Source: an uncultured Nitrososphaeraceae archaeon (lineage in GTDB: Archaea; Thermoproteota; Nitrososphaeria; Nitrososphaerales; Nitrososphaeraceae). Taken from it: DNA of 64,000 bases. Within the stretch, counting starts at the first letter, position 1. Each line of letters starts with the position of its first letter. A model generated the notes under the pieces. The model saw only the letters and a list, made by a program, of their open reading frames with translations. It was not told the origin of the DNA and ran no database searches. Where the stretch lies: NCBI GenBank assembly GCA_963765895.1, contig CAVXZB010000023.1:192001-256000 (forward strand), read 5' to 3'. This document shows, one piece after another, positions 1-10,656 of the stretch. The translations under genes were made by a program, and so were the position numbers.

Positions 1-832
1 CGGACGGTTAATATGCTTCCGATGAAGTGGAACGCAAGGAAGTGATTAGGACCGCCATTTGCAATATACCATCTTGTAAGTTCATTTGGCTTCACAGTGA
101 ACACTGAAGCATTCTTGTTTAATTCAATCTTTGCGACCTTTCCAATTGCTGGTACGTATTTAAATGCTAGACCATTTGTCAGTTCTAGATCGTTATTATT
201 AGCCAAGAAACTGCTAATATTGAAATTCGCTGGACCAGTTTGGTTCTTGCCAGAAAGTGGAGCTGGGATATTTGAGCCATATATTTCACCGAAAGCTACA
301 TAGAATTCTTTAGCCTTTTGTTCATTTGTTGGATGTACAACTATTCCGCCATACATTCCACTTGCAATGTGTTCCCATATTCCGTTGAGTGCATCAGCAC
401 TACAATGATAGAAGAAGAATCCCGGTATAGCACCTACAAGACTCCATGATTTGGATTGACCTGGTGAGACTGGACCAGAATTTCAGCATTAGTTCCAAAC
501 CCGGCATGGAAGTCCATGCTGTGAACAAGCTTGCCCTTGTTAACAAGGGTCATGGTTAGATTATCACCTTGATCAATAGCAACTATAGGAGCTGGAATTG
601 AACCATTGAACACCATTGCATTGTACTTTATTCCCCCAGGATGCAGAGCATTATCTGGAGCTACTTGAATTTGTTTTTCTGTTGCGATAAAAGTCACATG
701 TTTTTGCTTGCCCGCCGGTGGAGCTTGAGCATAGGCAAAATTAGACTGGGACTTTAATAGAATAGAAGGACCTACTATTAATCCCACTGCCAATACTCCT
801 GCCATTAGGGCGGATAGAATTAGACGATTCAT
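1..832 (-). CDS. nirK: Copper nitrite reductase, AOA type; runs off window; 1-nt frameshift near 481
   Basis: Signal/TM N-terminus and HSMDFH motif. Restoring one A in GAAA gives SGPVSPGQSKSWSLVGAIPGFFFYHCSADALNGIWEHIASGMYGGIVVHP...FLAFHFIG, with type-1 and type-2 Cu ligands. Confidence 0.9.
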
Positions 833-995
833 TAGTTCGAGTGTTATCTAGTCGTCATATAAAACATTTACTGGTGACATTGATGTATGACATTACACAA
901 TAAGGATAATCGCTAGGTTGTAAGAGTATATAGAGAAAAATATTCAACTATATGTCAAAGTGGCAGACTATAAGGTTAAAAATAGTGCTGTTTTT

Positions 996-3343
996 TTAGT
1001 CGTGGTGGTCGCTGCCATGCTTGTGATTGGTTTCAACGTGGTTAGCAACAGCTCTATCTACTATATTCAAGTAGTCAGAAGTAGAAATACCTTCCTGATT
1101 AGTAACTGTTAAGCTTTAGCTTTATAAGGGCATTATCCAGAACTTCGGGAAGTTTGAATGACCAGCCAGCTGTGTTAGATCCACCTGCAGTAGTACCCTG
1201 AGGCCCAGATATTTGATCCCATTTATATGACAAGGGCGCGCCAGCTGGATCATAACTGCCACTGCCATCGACAACAATTGACGACCCACCGTTTGCTATC
1301 TGATCTGGGCCTGCTACTGCGACTGGCGATACCTTATTGGAACTCGTATTTTCAGATGTAGTTGTCGCTGAAGTAAAGGGAGGAGCAAGCTGAGCGGACG
1401 AATTAGGTTGTTCGGCTTCTAAATCAGAAGATAAATTGCCTGATAATGTAGCTGGGTTGGTATTATCTAGCGCATTAGGAGGCGTATTTGGAGGTATATT
1501 TACAACAGACGAATTAAATAGGCTAGCCGTGTTTGGGCTTGGGATATTTACTTGATCGTTATTGACTAGAAATTTTGATGGAATATTTTGAGATTGTACA
1601 ACTGCTGTGGAAACATTTACGTTCTGATTGCTATTACTAACCTGTACATGACTATTTGAGTTGGCCTGAGAAATAGAATTAGATGATAGTTGGTCAATTG
1701 ACGATGTAGAACCAACGGAGGGATTACTCTTTTTAGCAAGTATATCAACAGTCGCTGAAGAGGCACGTCCAGTGCTGTCTGTCACCGTTAACCTGTACGC
1801 GAAGTGTGTGTCTGACTTAACCTTTGGAACGGTAAGTGAGAACACTGGAGAGTCGCTAACTTTCGACGTTATAGATGAATTATTATTGAGTGGCGCCCAT
1901 GAATAAGATACAACCGAACCGCTAGGTGACTTACTAGCTGCTCCATTCAAGGTGACCTGTTCTTGTCCATTCACGACCGAAGTTGATTGTTTAATTGCAA
2001 CGATTGGTGGTGAATTGCTGCTTGTTTGGACTTCAAGATTACCGTTTAAATTGGAATGATTCGTTTGAAGTGGGGATGCTTGGTTCGGCAAATTAGTACT
2101 TTCCAACTCGTGGAACGGTACCGGAAATATTAGACTGGGACCTATTCCGTTTGGTGCGCTCCCAGGTATCGAATCGTTCTGGCCTTGATTTTGCTCATTA
2201 ATTATAGTGCTGGTGGTAATATTGGAGTTATTAGCATTGTTACTTGGAGTATTCGCGCTAGTAGGATTTTGGTTGTTCGCTGCGCTGTTGCTATTATTAA
2301 TTGAGATCGTAATTGTTGGTCTTGGTGGAATCGATGCAGACTTTGGTAGCTGCTGGGTGGTAGATTGATTTGAAATTACAACTTTGCCTGGGATAATATT
2401 TGTAGTATTAGCTGTAGTTTGATTGCTAGGCTGCTTGATGCTAGTAGTCTTTGGAGGAATAGATGCAAAGTTTGGTTTTGCAGGATTTTGTTTTGAAATT
2501 ACAACTTTGCCTGGGATAATATTTGTAGTATTAGCTGTAGTTTGATTGCTGGCCGCTTTAGGATTATAGTCTGCTATTAGTAGTACCAGAATTACTTTTG
2601 ATATTATATGGAGGAACGAACACACTTCCTTTATCATTGCTAGTGCTCTGATTTGTCAGGTTTAGTGTATTTTCAATACCGTTTTTGCGCTCCGCCATAC
2701 CGTTTTTGCGCTCCGCCATACCGTTTTTGCGCTCCGCCATACCACTATTAGCTGCCTTATTTACTGAATTTTCGACAATCTTCTTATGCTCTTTTATGCC
2801 ATTATTAACGCTGGTTACAGAAGAAGGCTCTGGATTAACATTTTTCGACTTTTCGGTCTCGGCAAAATTGACACCTGTTGACGGCATAATCGGTTTATAC
2901 GAATTTGATACGCCTGTGAAATTTACGCTATAATACTTTACAGATTGTGTAGCAGGAGTGTTGATATCTTTTGTATTGACACAGGAAATTTTTGATGTCA
3001 CTCTGTTATTTCCCTCTTTGATCACCGAGATATTAGACGGCGTGAAGGTATATTTCCAAGATGAGAAGTCTGCTGCGCTTTTTCCTGTCCCACTTGGATT
3101 AACGTTCTTGTACGGTTTAAAGTCATTTATCAGAACGCCGACAGTACATTTGGTATCAGGTCTGTCTGAGGATGTTCCTGTAATCGTTAGAGTCTTGATT
3201 CCATCCGATAACTTCTCTCCTTTGGTGGGGGAAGTAATCTTTACGCTAGGTGTTGCTACTTGAGCACTGGCAGCTGATATTGATACAAAAGAGAAAATTA
3301 TTAACCCAAAGCTTAACATTAACATGAATTTCTCAAGCTTCAA
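996..3343 (-). CDS. Large secreted/surface Ser/Asn/Thr-rich protein with Ig-like N-domain and two PKD/REJ-like domains; split by frameshifts near 2570 and 1108
   Basis: Signal peptide, then VKITSP...TITGTSSD...C.V. PKD-like motifs VTLNGAASKSPSG..SYSW..YRLTVTD and PVAVAGPDQ..DGSGSYDP.G.PLSYKW. The shifted frame continues KLTVTNQEG...HKHGSDHHD* to 996. Confidence 0.7.
2368..2550. repeat. Intragenic ~60-bp direct duplication (SNQTTANTTNIIPGKVVIS x2)
   Basis: tttgaaattacaactttgcctgggataatatttgtagtattagctgtagtttgattgct occurs twice. Confidence 0.9.
2676..2743. repeat. Perfect 21-bp tandem repeat x3 encoding GMAERKN
   Basis: ataccgtttttgcgctccgcc three times plus a partial copy. Confidence 0.95.
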
Positions 3344-3744
3344 TTAATTGACCTTGGGTAGGATGTAAAAATGACTATAAAAATATCGGTTGTTAACGGA
3401 ATTTGGCTAAGGATAAAAATTACTTTACATCAGTATCTTCAAATTCCCATGGTAAGTCAGAAATACTGCGCGAGACTTGTGTATATCATTATCGTGATAC
3501 AATCTTATGATGTATCTTTAATCTGATTAAAATTCGATCACCTGAATTAAGGTTATGATTTGTAAACTGAGGTAGATAGCTTCGTTATTTTCTTATTTTT
3601 CATTCTTGGCCTCTTTCATTATCTGTCACCTTTTCCATACTTATTGCCATTATGTATTCAAACACAAAACATTTGCCATCGGTTATGGTGAAAGAGTTTA
3701 CAGTTAGTTCAATTAACCTGCACATTATGAATGAATATATTGAT

Positions 3745-4773
3745 TCAACTAGAGTAGCTCTTTATCCATCTGTCAGTATATCTTAATTTATTTTGTAATA
3801 CTACAATTCTGGAAATCTCGCTTTCATCCATTATAGAATATCCTTGTAATTTCGAACAGAGTAGGCGAGCAAAGTTTTGGATTTCGCTCATCTCCATCAT
3901 ATTATTACGTCCAAGCCGTGTGGTTGACATTCCTATATTCATGTAGGATTTTAGCTCAATAAAATGGGGATTACCTTCCTCCATCATTTTCGAAAATTCT
4001 TCTACAAAGTCTAAACGATCGTTGTAACCCCTGATTAATGTCATACGTAGTACTGTTCTTGTTTGGACTGATGCAAGAAAGCGCAAACTTTTCCACCATC
4101 TATCCCAGGCATCCTTGTGTCGCGGTCGATTAACTGTATAGAACATTTTTTTGTTGGATGCATTGGTCGAAAGATAGATCTGGGTTGGTAACGCATCCTC
4201 ATCTTGTAATCGAGCAAGCATTTCAGGTTCCTGGCCATTAGTGACAAGAAAAATCGATTTGGTTGCCTTCAACGTTTTTAAATACTTGATTAATTGAGGC
4301 AACTTTGGGTACATTGTTGGCTCGCCGGAAAGGGATATTGCATAATGTGCTGGATATAAAGACTCGTTCAGTTTTTTCTTACTATTTTTAGAATGTCCGT
4401 AAAACCCGCTGATTAATTTTTTCCTTGCCTCCATTAGATTATCTACTATGACATCCGGTTCGTCAACTAATTCCGGTGGCATTTCTAGTGTATCATAAAA
4501 TTCTGTTGGGCGCCAGCAGTAAACGCAACGATTTTCGCAATTCATCGCGGCTGGTGTCATTTCCATACACCGGTGAGTAGATATTCCATAGAATTTGTGC
4601 TTGTAGCAATTACCCTCATCTGCAAAGGACTTCTTTGTCCAGTGACATAATTCTACCGCCGAATGGTTGTAAACTCCGTATTTTGCTTTTTGTAGTTTTG
4701 ACCTGATCTGAGGTGTAATCTGGATAAGGTTATCCTCGGTACTGTGGGAGACATATTCGTCGGAGCAACTCAT
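3745..4773 (-). CDS. taw1: Radical SAM 4-demethylwyosine synthase (Taw1/TYW1)
   Basis: HSAVELCHWTK, CYKHKFYGISTHRC, CENRCVYCWRP, ISLSGEPT. Confidence 0.95.
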   Translation of the reverse strand: MSCSDEYVSHSTEDNLIQITPQIRSKLQKAKYGVYNHSAVELCHWTKKSFADEGNCYKHKFYGISTHRCMEMTPAAMNCENRCVYCWRPTEFYDTLEMPPELVDEPDVIVDNLMEARKKLISGFYGHSKNSKKKLNESLYPAHYAISLSGEPTMYPKLPQLIKYLKTLKATKSIFLVTNGQEPEMLARLQDEDALPTQIYLSTNASNKKMFYTVNRPRHKDAWDRWWKSLRFLASVQTRTVLRMTLIRGYNDRLDFVEEFSKMMEEGNPHFIELKSYMNIGMSTTRLGRNNMMEMSEIQNFARLLCSKLQGYSIMDESEISRIVVLQNKLRYTDRWIKSYSS

Positions 4774-4939
4774 TTAGATCCTGGTACAATCATTTAAATT
4801 TAAAAGCTTGCAATCGCTAGATGAACTAACATCAGCTATTATTGGTAATATGATTAATTGAATAATTTGTGGCTCGAACAGCCTCCTCTATTCAGACAGA
4901 CAGCATTTATTAGGAATATCATAAAATTATGCCTAACAA

Positions 4940-5758
4940 TTGGGTATTAACACTGAAGATATAGTTAAAACCAGCCTGAACTTGGTGAACTGGGGAAGTT
5001 TACCCGCAGACAGCAACGTACACGTTAGAGGTGACAATATTTGCAAGGCCATGATAGCTATTGATGTTAGCATTGCAGAATTAATGCTGGCAAAGAATCT
5101 TGGTTGTGACGCTGTGATAGCCCATCATCCAATAGGAATCTCGGCTCTCAATTTCCATAAGGTGATTGATCGACACGCGGAATATATGGTTGAAAATGGT
5201 ATTCCAGAAGATCTTGCTGCGGAAGCTACTCGCAAGCTGAAGGAAAGAGTAAGAATAAGATCTCATGCAAGCATTTACGATCAGGTGATTCATGCCGCAA
5301 AAGTACTGGACTTGCCACTTGTCAATATACATCAACCGTGTGACGAATTTATGCGAAGAACAATATTGGAAAGGATAACTGCAGGGAGCACAGAGTACGT
5401 TTCAGACATTATCAAGTCAGTTGAATCTATAGCAGAATTCAAAAACGTTGAGACCAAAGTGGAGACTATTTTTGGAAGCTCGAATAATAGAACCGGTCGA
5501 TGGGCTTTAGTAGTAGCTGCGGGAACAAATGGTGGGTATCCGATAGCAAAGCTATATTTTCAGCATGGAATTGACACTGTAATATACCTTCATATTGATT
5601 ATAACGAGGTAATAAAAATGCAAAACGAGCAGGTGCAAGGAAATCTAATTATCCTGGGTCATCTAGCTGGCGACTCTGTAGGGCTTAATGCACTAGCTGA
5701 TAAACTAGAAGAAACAGGCATTGAAACTGTCAGAGTAGGCATTATATCTTCAAAATGA
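4940..5758 (+). CDS. Nif3/YbgI-like dinuclear metal-centre protein
   Basis: AIDV, IAHHP, NIHQPCD, ILGHLAGDSVG metal-binding motifs. Confidence 0.75.
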   Translation: MGINTEDIVKTSLNLVNWGSLPADSNVHVRGDNICKAMIAIDVSIAELMLAKNLGCDAVIAHHPIGISALNFHKVIDRHAEYMVENGIPEDLAAEATRKLKERVRIRSHASIYDQVIHAAKVLDLPLVNIHQPCDEFMRRTILERITAGSTEYVSDIIKSVESIAEFKNVETKVETIFGSSNNRTGRWALVVAAGTNGGYPIAKLYFQHGIDTVIYLHIDYNEVIKMQNEQVQGNLIILGHLAGDSVGLNALADKLEETGIETVRVGIISSK

Positions 5759-5901
5759 AATAAAATAGCGAATCGCCTAACATTTAGTTGCTATATTTGC
5801 GGCAGGATAGAAATATTGTCCACCATCTGCTATGTTCATTTACGAGAACTTTGTGATCTCGTCTAACAATTATATTTGTCGTAGTTTTAGAGTTGTTGGT
5901 T

Positions 5902-6017
5902 GGCCTTCGTAGTATAGCCTGGTGAGTATAGGCGGCTGTGGTCAAGACGAGATAAGCGATCATCATAATCTTGGAAGAAACCGCTCGAGGAGGGTTCAAA
6001 TCCCTCCGAAGGCCCCA
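5902..6017 (+). tRNA. tRNA-His(GUG) with 38-nt canonical intron (5942-5979), encoded G-1 and CCA
   Basis: Acceptor GCCTTCG/CGAAGGC, G-1:C73, anticodon arm GGCGG CT GTG G|intron|A CCGCT, T-loop GTTCAAATC, intron helix CAAGA/TCTTG. Confidence 0.93.
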
Positions 6018-6159
6018 TTTTAATTTTACTAAATGTTAAAAAATGTTTTGATATAGGGGCCCTAGGATTGATGGTATTGGTTGACTGGTAAATTAGCCTA
6101 GAATAAATTCTAAAATATCAAGTTGGTAAAACTGAATTAAATTAAAGCCAGATCCAAAT

Positions 6160-6504
6160 TCATATCGAACTTTCGAATTCTTCGTGTATTAAAGGGTTGG
6201 CTAATACCCAGCCATAATGATATTCGTCATGGATGTATCTTACCTCTTTTATGTTTGGCTTTAGCTTATTTTTTCTTAGTCCCAGAAGTAGTCCAGTTTG
6301 GATTGCAATGCCAATTTTCTTGCTGAGTTGAGTAGTCTTGGTATCCCCCCTAGGAAGCAAAAGTCTACAGCTAAACCTGCCTTGATCGTTAGCGTCTCCA
6401 TAGAACTTGACTAATCTGTCAACCACATCATGTACATCACCAGTTCCCTTGATGTCAATAGTAACCTTCACAGGAAAATTGGAATAGGATCTCGACTGAG
6501 ACAT
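6160..6504 (-). CDS. Hypothetical protein
   Basis: 114-aa ATG ORF with globular composition. Confidence 0.7.
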   Translation of the reverse strand: MSQSRSYSNFPVKVTIDIKGTGDVHDVVDRLVKFYGDANDQGRFSCRLLLPRGDTKTTQLSKKIGIAIQTGLLLGLRKNKLKPNIKEVRYIHDEYHYGWVLANPLIHEEFESSI

Positions 6505-7032
6505 ACCTGATTACATAGAAAACATGGCAAGGAAAAAAACATTCAGTTGACAGTTAGAAGGAAAAATATCTGTTTCAGAAGATTCTGGCTTTTCAGAGTT
6601 CCACCGGCCAGAACATCGCTCTCCCGGACCTTTACACAGTGGATTCAAAATTAAGTATGACTATTTAGTTAAAATGTCCCCTGTAGCATTTTATCGGATT
6701 CAAACAAGAGAATGCATTGGAATTATGTGAAGGGTAGTTGAGGTATAGAAGTTTGATGTTACAACATCCCTGATTCTATGATAACGAAACTCTTTATTAC
6801 AACGTCAGGATGGATAGGGCCGCCCTTATAGCAAGTAATAGTAATAGAGAATATACATGGCCGGTTGCTACTCTTAGGATAATTAATATAGGCTTCTCGT
6901 CTTAAAATTTAACCGCCAGTTTAACGAATTCGTGAGTTTTAACTCTATTGATATCAGTTGGGGCAGGTAACTGATCTCCTTCTTGATTTATGCTGCATTT
7001 ACCTATGGTCATTTAGTAGTTCAAGAAACCAG

Positions 7033-7107
7033 TGCCGGGGGCGGGACTTGAGCCCGCGACCTTTCGATTATGAGTCGAACGCTCTGGCCATGCTGAGCTA
7101 CCCCGGC
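7033..7107 (-). tRNA. tRNA-Met(CAU), elongator type
   Basis: Acceptor GCCGGGG/CCCCGGC, A73, anticodon arm TTCGA CT CAT AA TCGAA; T-loop reads CTCAAGT. Confidence 0.9.
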
Positions 7108-7511
7108 AAAGCTCAGAGGCCATTTGCTAACAAAATTCCTTTCTAGCATATATAATCTATTCAAACTAGTGATGTTTCATTGATTAATCTCAATCGATTT
7201 ATATAGCGAATCAGAGACATTTTTCGAGTTAATCTGGATATGAAAGCGTATGCTCTAGTATCCTGTTAATCGATATTGGATAATATTTGTCCATAAGTTT
7301 AGTTTACCTAACGCTATAACACTATACATAAGGTTGAGCTTCACAACACAAACAAAATCTACAATTTCGTTGCCCTCCGGGTCTGCAAACAAGTTATCTG
7401 GTAGTCTAATATTGACGTCTATTGGGTATAGTATTTTTTTCTTGGTATTCTATCTAAATTGGCAAAACCCGTCACATATCTTTTCCGTCATGAATATGTT
7501 TTGACTCCCTA

Positions 7512-9254
7512 TCAACTTTCTTCTTGAACGACTTGGATCCCCTTCTTGCCGTAATCTTTGCCCGGGTAAAACCGTCTTAATTCACTTTTGACGTAAGTAT
7601 CTACCCACATGAACTTTCGTTGTAGAGTGGCTGTATAGATTTTCTTCCAATCGAGCTGAACGTATTCAAGCCACGCTCGCATGACGCGGGGATCAATATA
7701 GTTTCTCAGAGAAGTACCAAGGTTATAATCACGAGTCTCTTTCTGAAGCTTTAGCTGAACTTGTACTTTTTCTAACCTGGCTTCTAATCTATTTTTCTGA
7801 AGATCAGTCTTCCATTTCTTGGCCGCAATATCATCTTTTAGTTTCCTGATTGTATCTTCCTTTGATTTTATAGAAATTTCAAATCTTTCTAATGCTTTTT
7901 TGCTGGCAGGATTATTTGGATCTATTCCCTTTTTATGATTGCAAGTAATTGCCGCTTTTAGATTTGCCATCTTAGCAATGTATATCTTTTGTGGCTCAGA
8001 AGACTGTTTGTTGACCTTGGCCGAAGAATTAGCCAGAGCCTCTCTCACTGTAGTAGTGGTGATATACGTTCTGAACACTTTTGCTGTGAGGCCCGGCACA
8101 CTCTTGCTATCTAGCGTACGCAGAAAAGAGTTTACTTTATTGGAAGTTATTCCATCAAAAATCTGATCCCCCTTTTGCTTGCCGTTCATAAATAGTCTCA
8201 GATTATCATATAGTCCCTGCATATCGCGTGACTTTACCTCAAGAGTTTTCTGCCATGGGACACTATCCTTACCCAAAAAATTGAACTCTATAAATTGTTG
8301 TCCATCAGATTCTGGAAACCTAATGTGTTCGACTCGCAGAGTGGACGCACCTACAGTGTCTGCCTCCTCTGGATCCTTTTCATCACCTACCCTCATTGCA
8401 AGCTTTGAGATTAGATAGCAGACTGTTGCAAGTTTTCTATGACTTAAATCGCGCGAAGATATCATCCTCTTTATAATCTCATCTTGAATCTTGTTGATGT
8501 GATTACCTAACCTATCCGCCTTGTCATACTTTTCTCTATCATTATTTTGTCTTAGTGTAGAAGAATCGTGAAGCCAGACATACTTTCTTTTATCTGTCAA
8601 GACCTCAGTCCACGTAGCTAACCACGTGGAAGCATGATCATGGACTACCTTTTTCCAGGATCCTTCAGGTCCTGGTGCGTCTTCACCCAGGTTAAGAATC
8701 ACATCCTCCGGCCTAATTCGTGGTTTCCACCTACCACGTAATGGATGCTGCCCTCTTCCCATAAATATCCCCGGAGGTTCGACCAGCCAATTAGCAATGT
8801 CTACTTCAGTCCCATCTACAATTGCCTTGCCAAAAATGGATTTCAATCTTTCGCGTTCGGCTTTTTTTTCAAGAGATATCCTCTTTCTATCGTCTCGGCT
8901 TAAGTTCCTGACTCTTTCAATTTCTTGTTCTTTGAATCTCTTTTCTTTGTCTACTAACGTGAACGCTTCCTCAAAATTAATCTCCTCTATGCTACCAATT
9001 TGTTGATATTTTTCTGGCAGCAATTTTTTGAAATCTGACAAAAAATTCACCTGAAATACCGAGTCCTTTACATAGTGTGTATCCTTCTTTTTTGCCCATG
9101 CGTAAACCAGTTCTTCTTGATCAGGACTCAGTATCACCTTCTCATCTTTTATATAGATACTCAAACCCTTTGGTATATAAAAAGGGGGAAAAGCAACGCC
9201 ATTATGTTGTAATGTACGCCATTTATGGGACATAACTGCAACTGAAGACTCCAT
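7512..9254 (-). CDS. top1: DNA topoisomerase IB, eukaryote-like
   Basis: KWRTLQHNGV, EPPGIFMGRGQHP; catalytic residues in MRVG, FLGKD, KVFRTY, CNHK, NYIDP. Confidence 0.97.
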   Translation of the reverse strand: MESSVAVMSHKWRTLQHNGVAFPPFYIPKGLSIYIKDEKVILSPDQEELVYAWAKKKDTHYVKDSVFQVNFLSDFKKLLPEKYQQIGSIEEINFEEAFTLVDKEKRFKEQEIERVRNLSRDDRKRISLEKKAERERLKSIFGKAIVDGTEVDIANWLVEPPGIFMGRGQHPLRGRWKPRIRPEDVILNLGEDAPGPEGSWKKVVHDHASTWLATWTEVLTDKRKYVWLHDSSTLRQNNDREKYDKADRLGNHINKIQDEIIKRMISSRDLSHRKLATVCYLISKLAMRVGDEKDPEEADTVGASTLRVEHIRFPESDGQQFIEFNFLGKDSVPWQKTLEVKSRDMQGLYDNLRLFMNGKQKGDQIFDGITSNKVNSFLRTLDSKSVPGLTAKVFRTYITTTTVREALANSSAKVNKQSSEPQKIYIAKMANLKAAITCNHKKGIDPNNPASKKALERFEISIKSKEDTIRKLKDDIAAKKWKTDLQKNRLEARLEKVQVQLKLQKETRDYNLGTSLRNYIDPRVMRAWLEYVQLDWKKIYTATLQRKFMWVDTYVKSELRRFYPGKDYGKKGIQVVQEES

Positions 9255-9405
9255 CTACTTTGTGTGAACTCCTAGCTCATTACTCTTAAAGGTTGCCAGC
9301 AGACTTTCTATCGTTATCATTGGACTGATTCGTATCAGTTAATTCATCCAGGAAATAGTAATAAATTAGGAAGTCCAATTTGATCAAACACAAATAAGTA
9401 ATTGT

Positions 9406-10656
9406 TTACTTCCTAATAGAATGGTATCTGAATTTATCCAGGTTGATCAATTCGTGATATGAACCGAAGTTAGTGGGATCGGCGTTATCAAGGGCATACC
9501 TGTCTGGATCGTTTACTTGTGTCTGTGAATTAATTAAACCGTACAACGTGGATCTTTGAGCAGGAACCCTTCCAGCGGAGCGAATTATTGTTCGTATTTG
9601 TTTAGGCTTCATTAATTGTCCATGTTGAGCACCTGCAGCTGTAGAAATGCTTTCATTCATTAGGGTTCCGCCAAAATCATTAACCCCACAGTCTAGGAGT
9701 AACTGGGACATCCGTGGTCCTTCCTTTACCCATGATACCTGAATATTATCTATAAATCCATCAAGCATTATTCTGGAGATGGCATGCATCTTGACTATTT
9801 CGTTACCATCAGGTCCTGGCCTCATGTTCTGAACCAGGCCAAAGTTGAACATTGGTGCCTCGTGGTGTACAAAACTTAGCGGGACGAATTCTGTAAATCC
9901 CCTTCGTTCTTTTTGTAATTCTCTTATGGTTTCTAGGTGCCGAGCTTTATGTAGCGACGTTTCTACATGCCCAAACATAATAGTACAAGTAGTAGGTATG
10001 TTCATAGAATGTGCTGCTCTAACAACTCTTATCCAATCCTTAACTGATATTCTGCCAGGTGAAATAACCTGTCGCAAATCTTGGTCCAAGATTTCAGCCG
10101 CAGTTCCTGGCAGGCTACCTACTCCAGCATCTTTTAGCATTTTTAGATATTCCTCAACACATACCTCAGACCTAAGTGCACCGTATAGTACCTCTTCTGG
10201 GGAAAAAGCGTGGATGTGGATATCAGGTAGTTCCTTTTTAATGGCTCTGCAGATGTTTATGTATAAATTCCCATCCATCTTCGGGGGCAAGCCTGCCTGG
10301 ATACACACTTCAGTTGCACCTAACGACCAAGCCTCCTTTGCTCTCCTTACAACTTCTTCTAGAGGTAGAAAATATCCCTCTTCCTCTCTAAAGTCTCTAC
10401 TAAAAGCACAAAAGCCGCATTTTTTTATACAGACATTACTAAAATTAATATTTCTATTAACTACGTAAGTAACATAGTCTCCTACCTTTTGCCGCCTAAG
10501 CTCGTCTGCGACAAGGGAGACGATGGTCATCTCTGTCGAATTTGTATCGAATAGCGCTACAGCTTCCTGGACTGAGATTTCCTTGTGACTCAGCGCTTTA
10601 TTCAATGTGCTAGAAATTATGGGATCTATATTTTTGAAAATCGTATCAAGATTCAA
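9406..10656 (-). CDS. cofH: FO synthase subunit CofH (radical SAM)
   Basis: VTYVVNRNINFSNVCIKKCGFCAF, PGTAAEIL, NIQVSWVKEG, GGTLMNESIS. Confidence 0.95.
   Translation of the reverse strand: MNLDTIFKNIDPIISSTLNKALSHKEISVQEAVALFDTNSTEMTIVSLVADELRRQKVGDYVTYVVNRNINFSNVCIKKCGFCAFSRDFREEEGYFLPLEEVVRRAKEAWSLGATEVCIQAGLPPKMDGNLYINICRAIKKELPDIHIHAFSPEEVLYGALRSEVCVEEYLKMLKDAGVGSLPGTAAEILDQDLRQVISPGRISVKDWIRVVRAAHSMNIPTTCTIMFGHVETSLHKARHLETIRELQKERRGFTEFVPLSFVHHEAPMFNFGLVQNMRPGPDGNEIVKMHAISRIMLDGFIDNIQVSWVKEGPRMSQLLLDCGVNDFGGTLMNESISTAAGAQHGQLMKPKQIRTIIRSAGRVPAQRSTLYGLINSQTQVNDPDRYALDNADPTNFGSYHELINLDKFRYHSIRK

Noticed and set aside
2676-2743. 21-bp repeats as a CRISPR array
   Set aside because: No spacers, in-frame coding repeat, and no cas genes in the window.
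7033-7107. tRNA-Ile2(CAU) or initiator tRNA identity
   Set aside because: G1-C72 GCCGGGG acceptor and absence of three G-C anticodon-stem pairs fit elongator Met.
7512-9254. Eukaryote-like TopoIB as a novelty
   Set aside because: An established hallmark of Thaumarchaeota.
9845-10468. Long antisense ORFs, also 27393-28061, 18174-18698 and 35108-35512
   Set aside because: They lie opposite well-identified genes and are codon-bias shadows.
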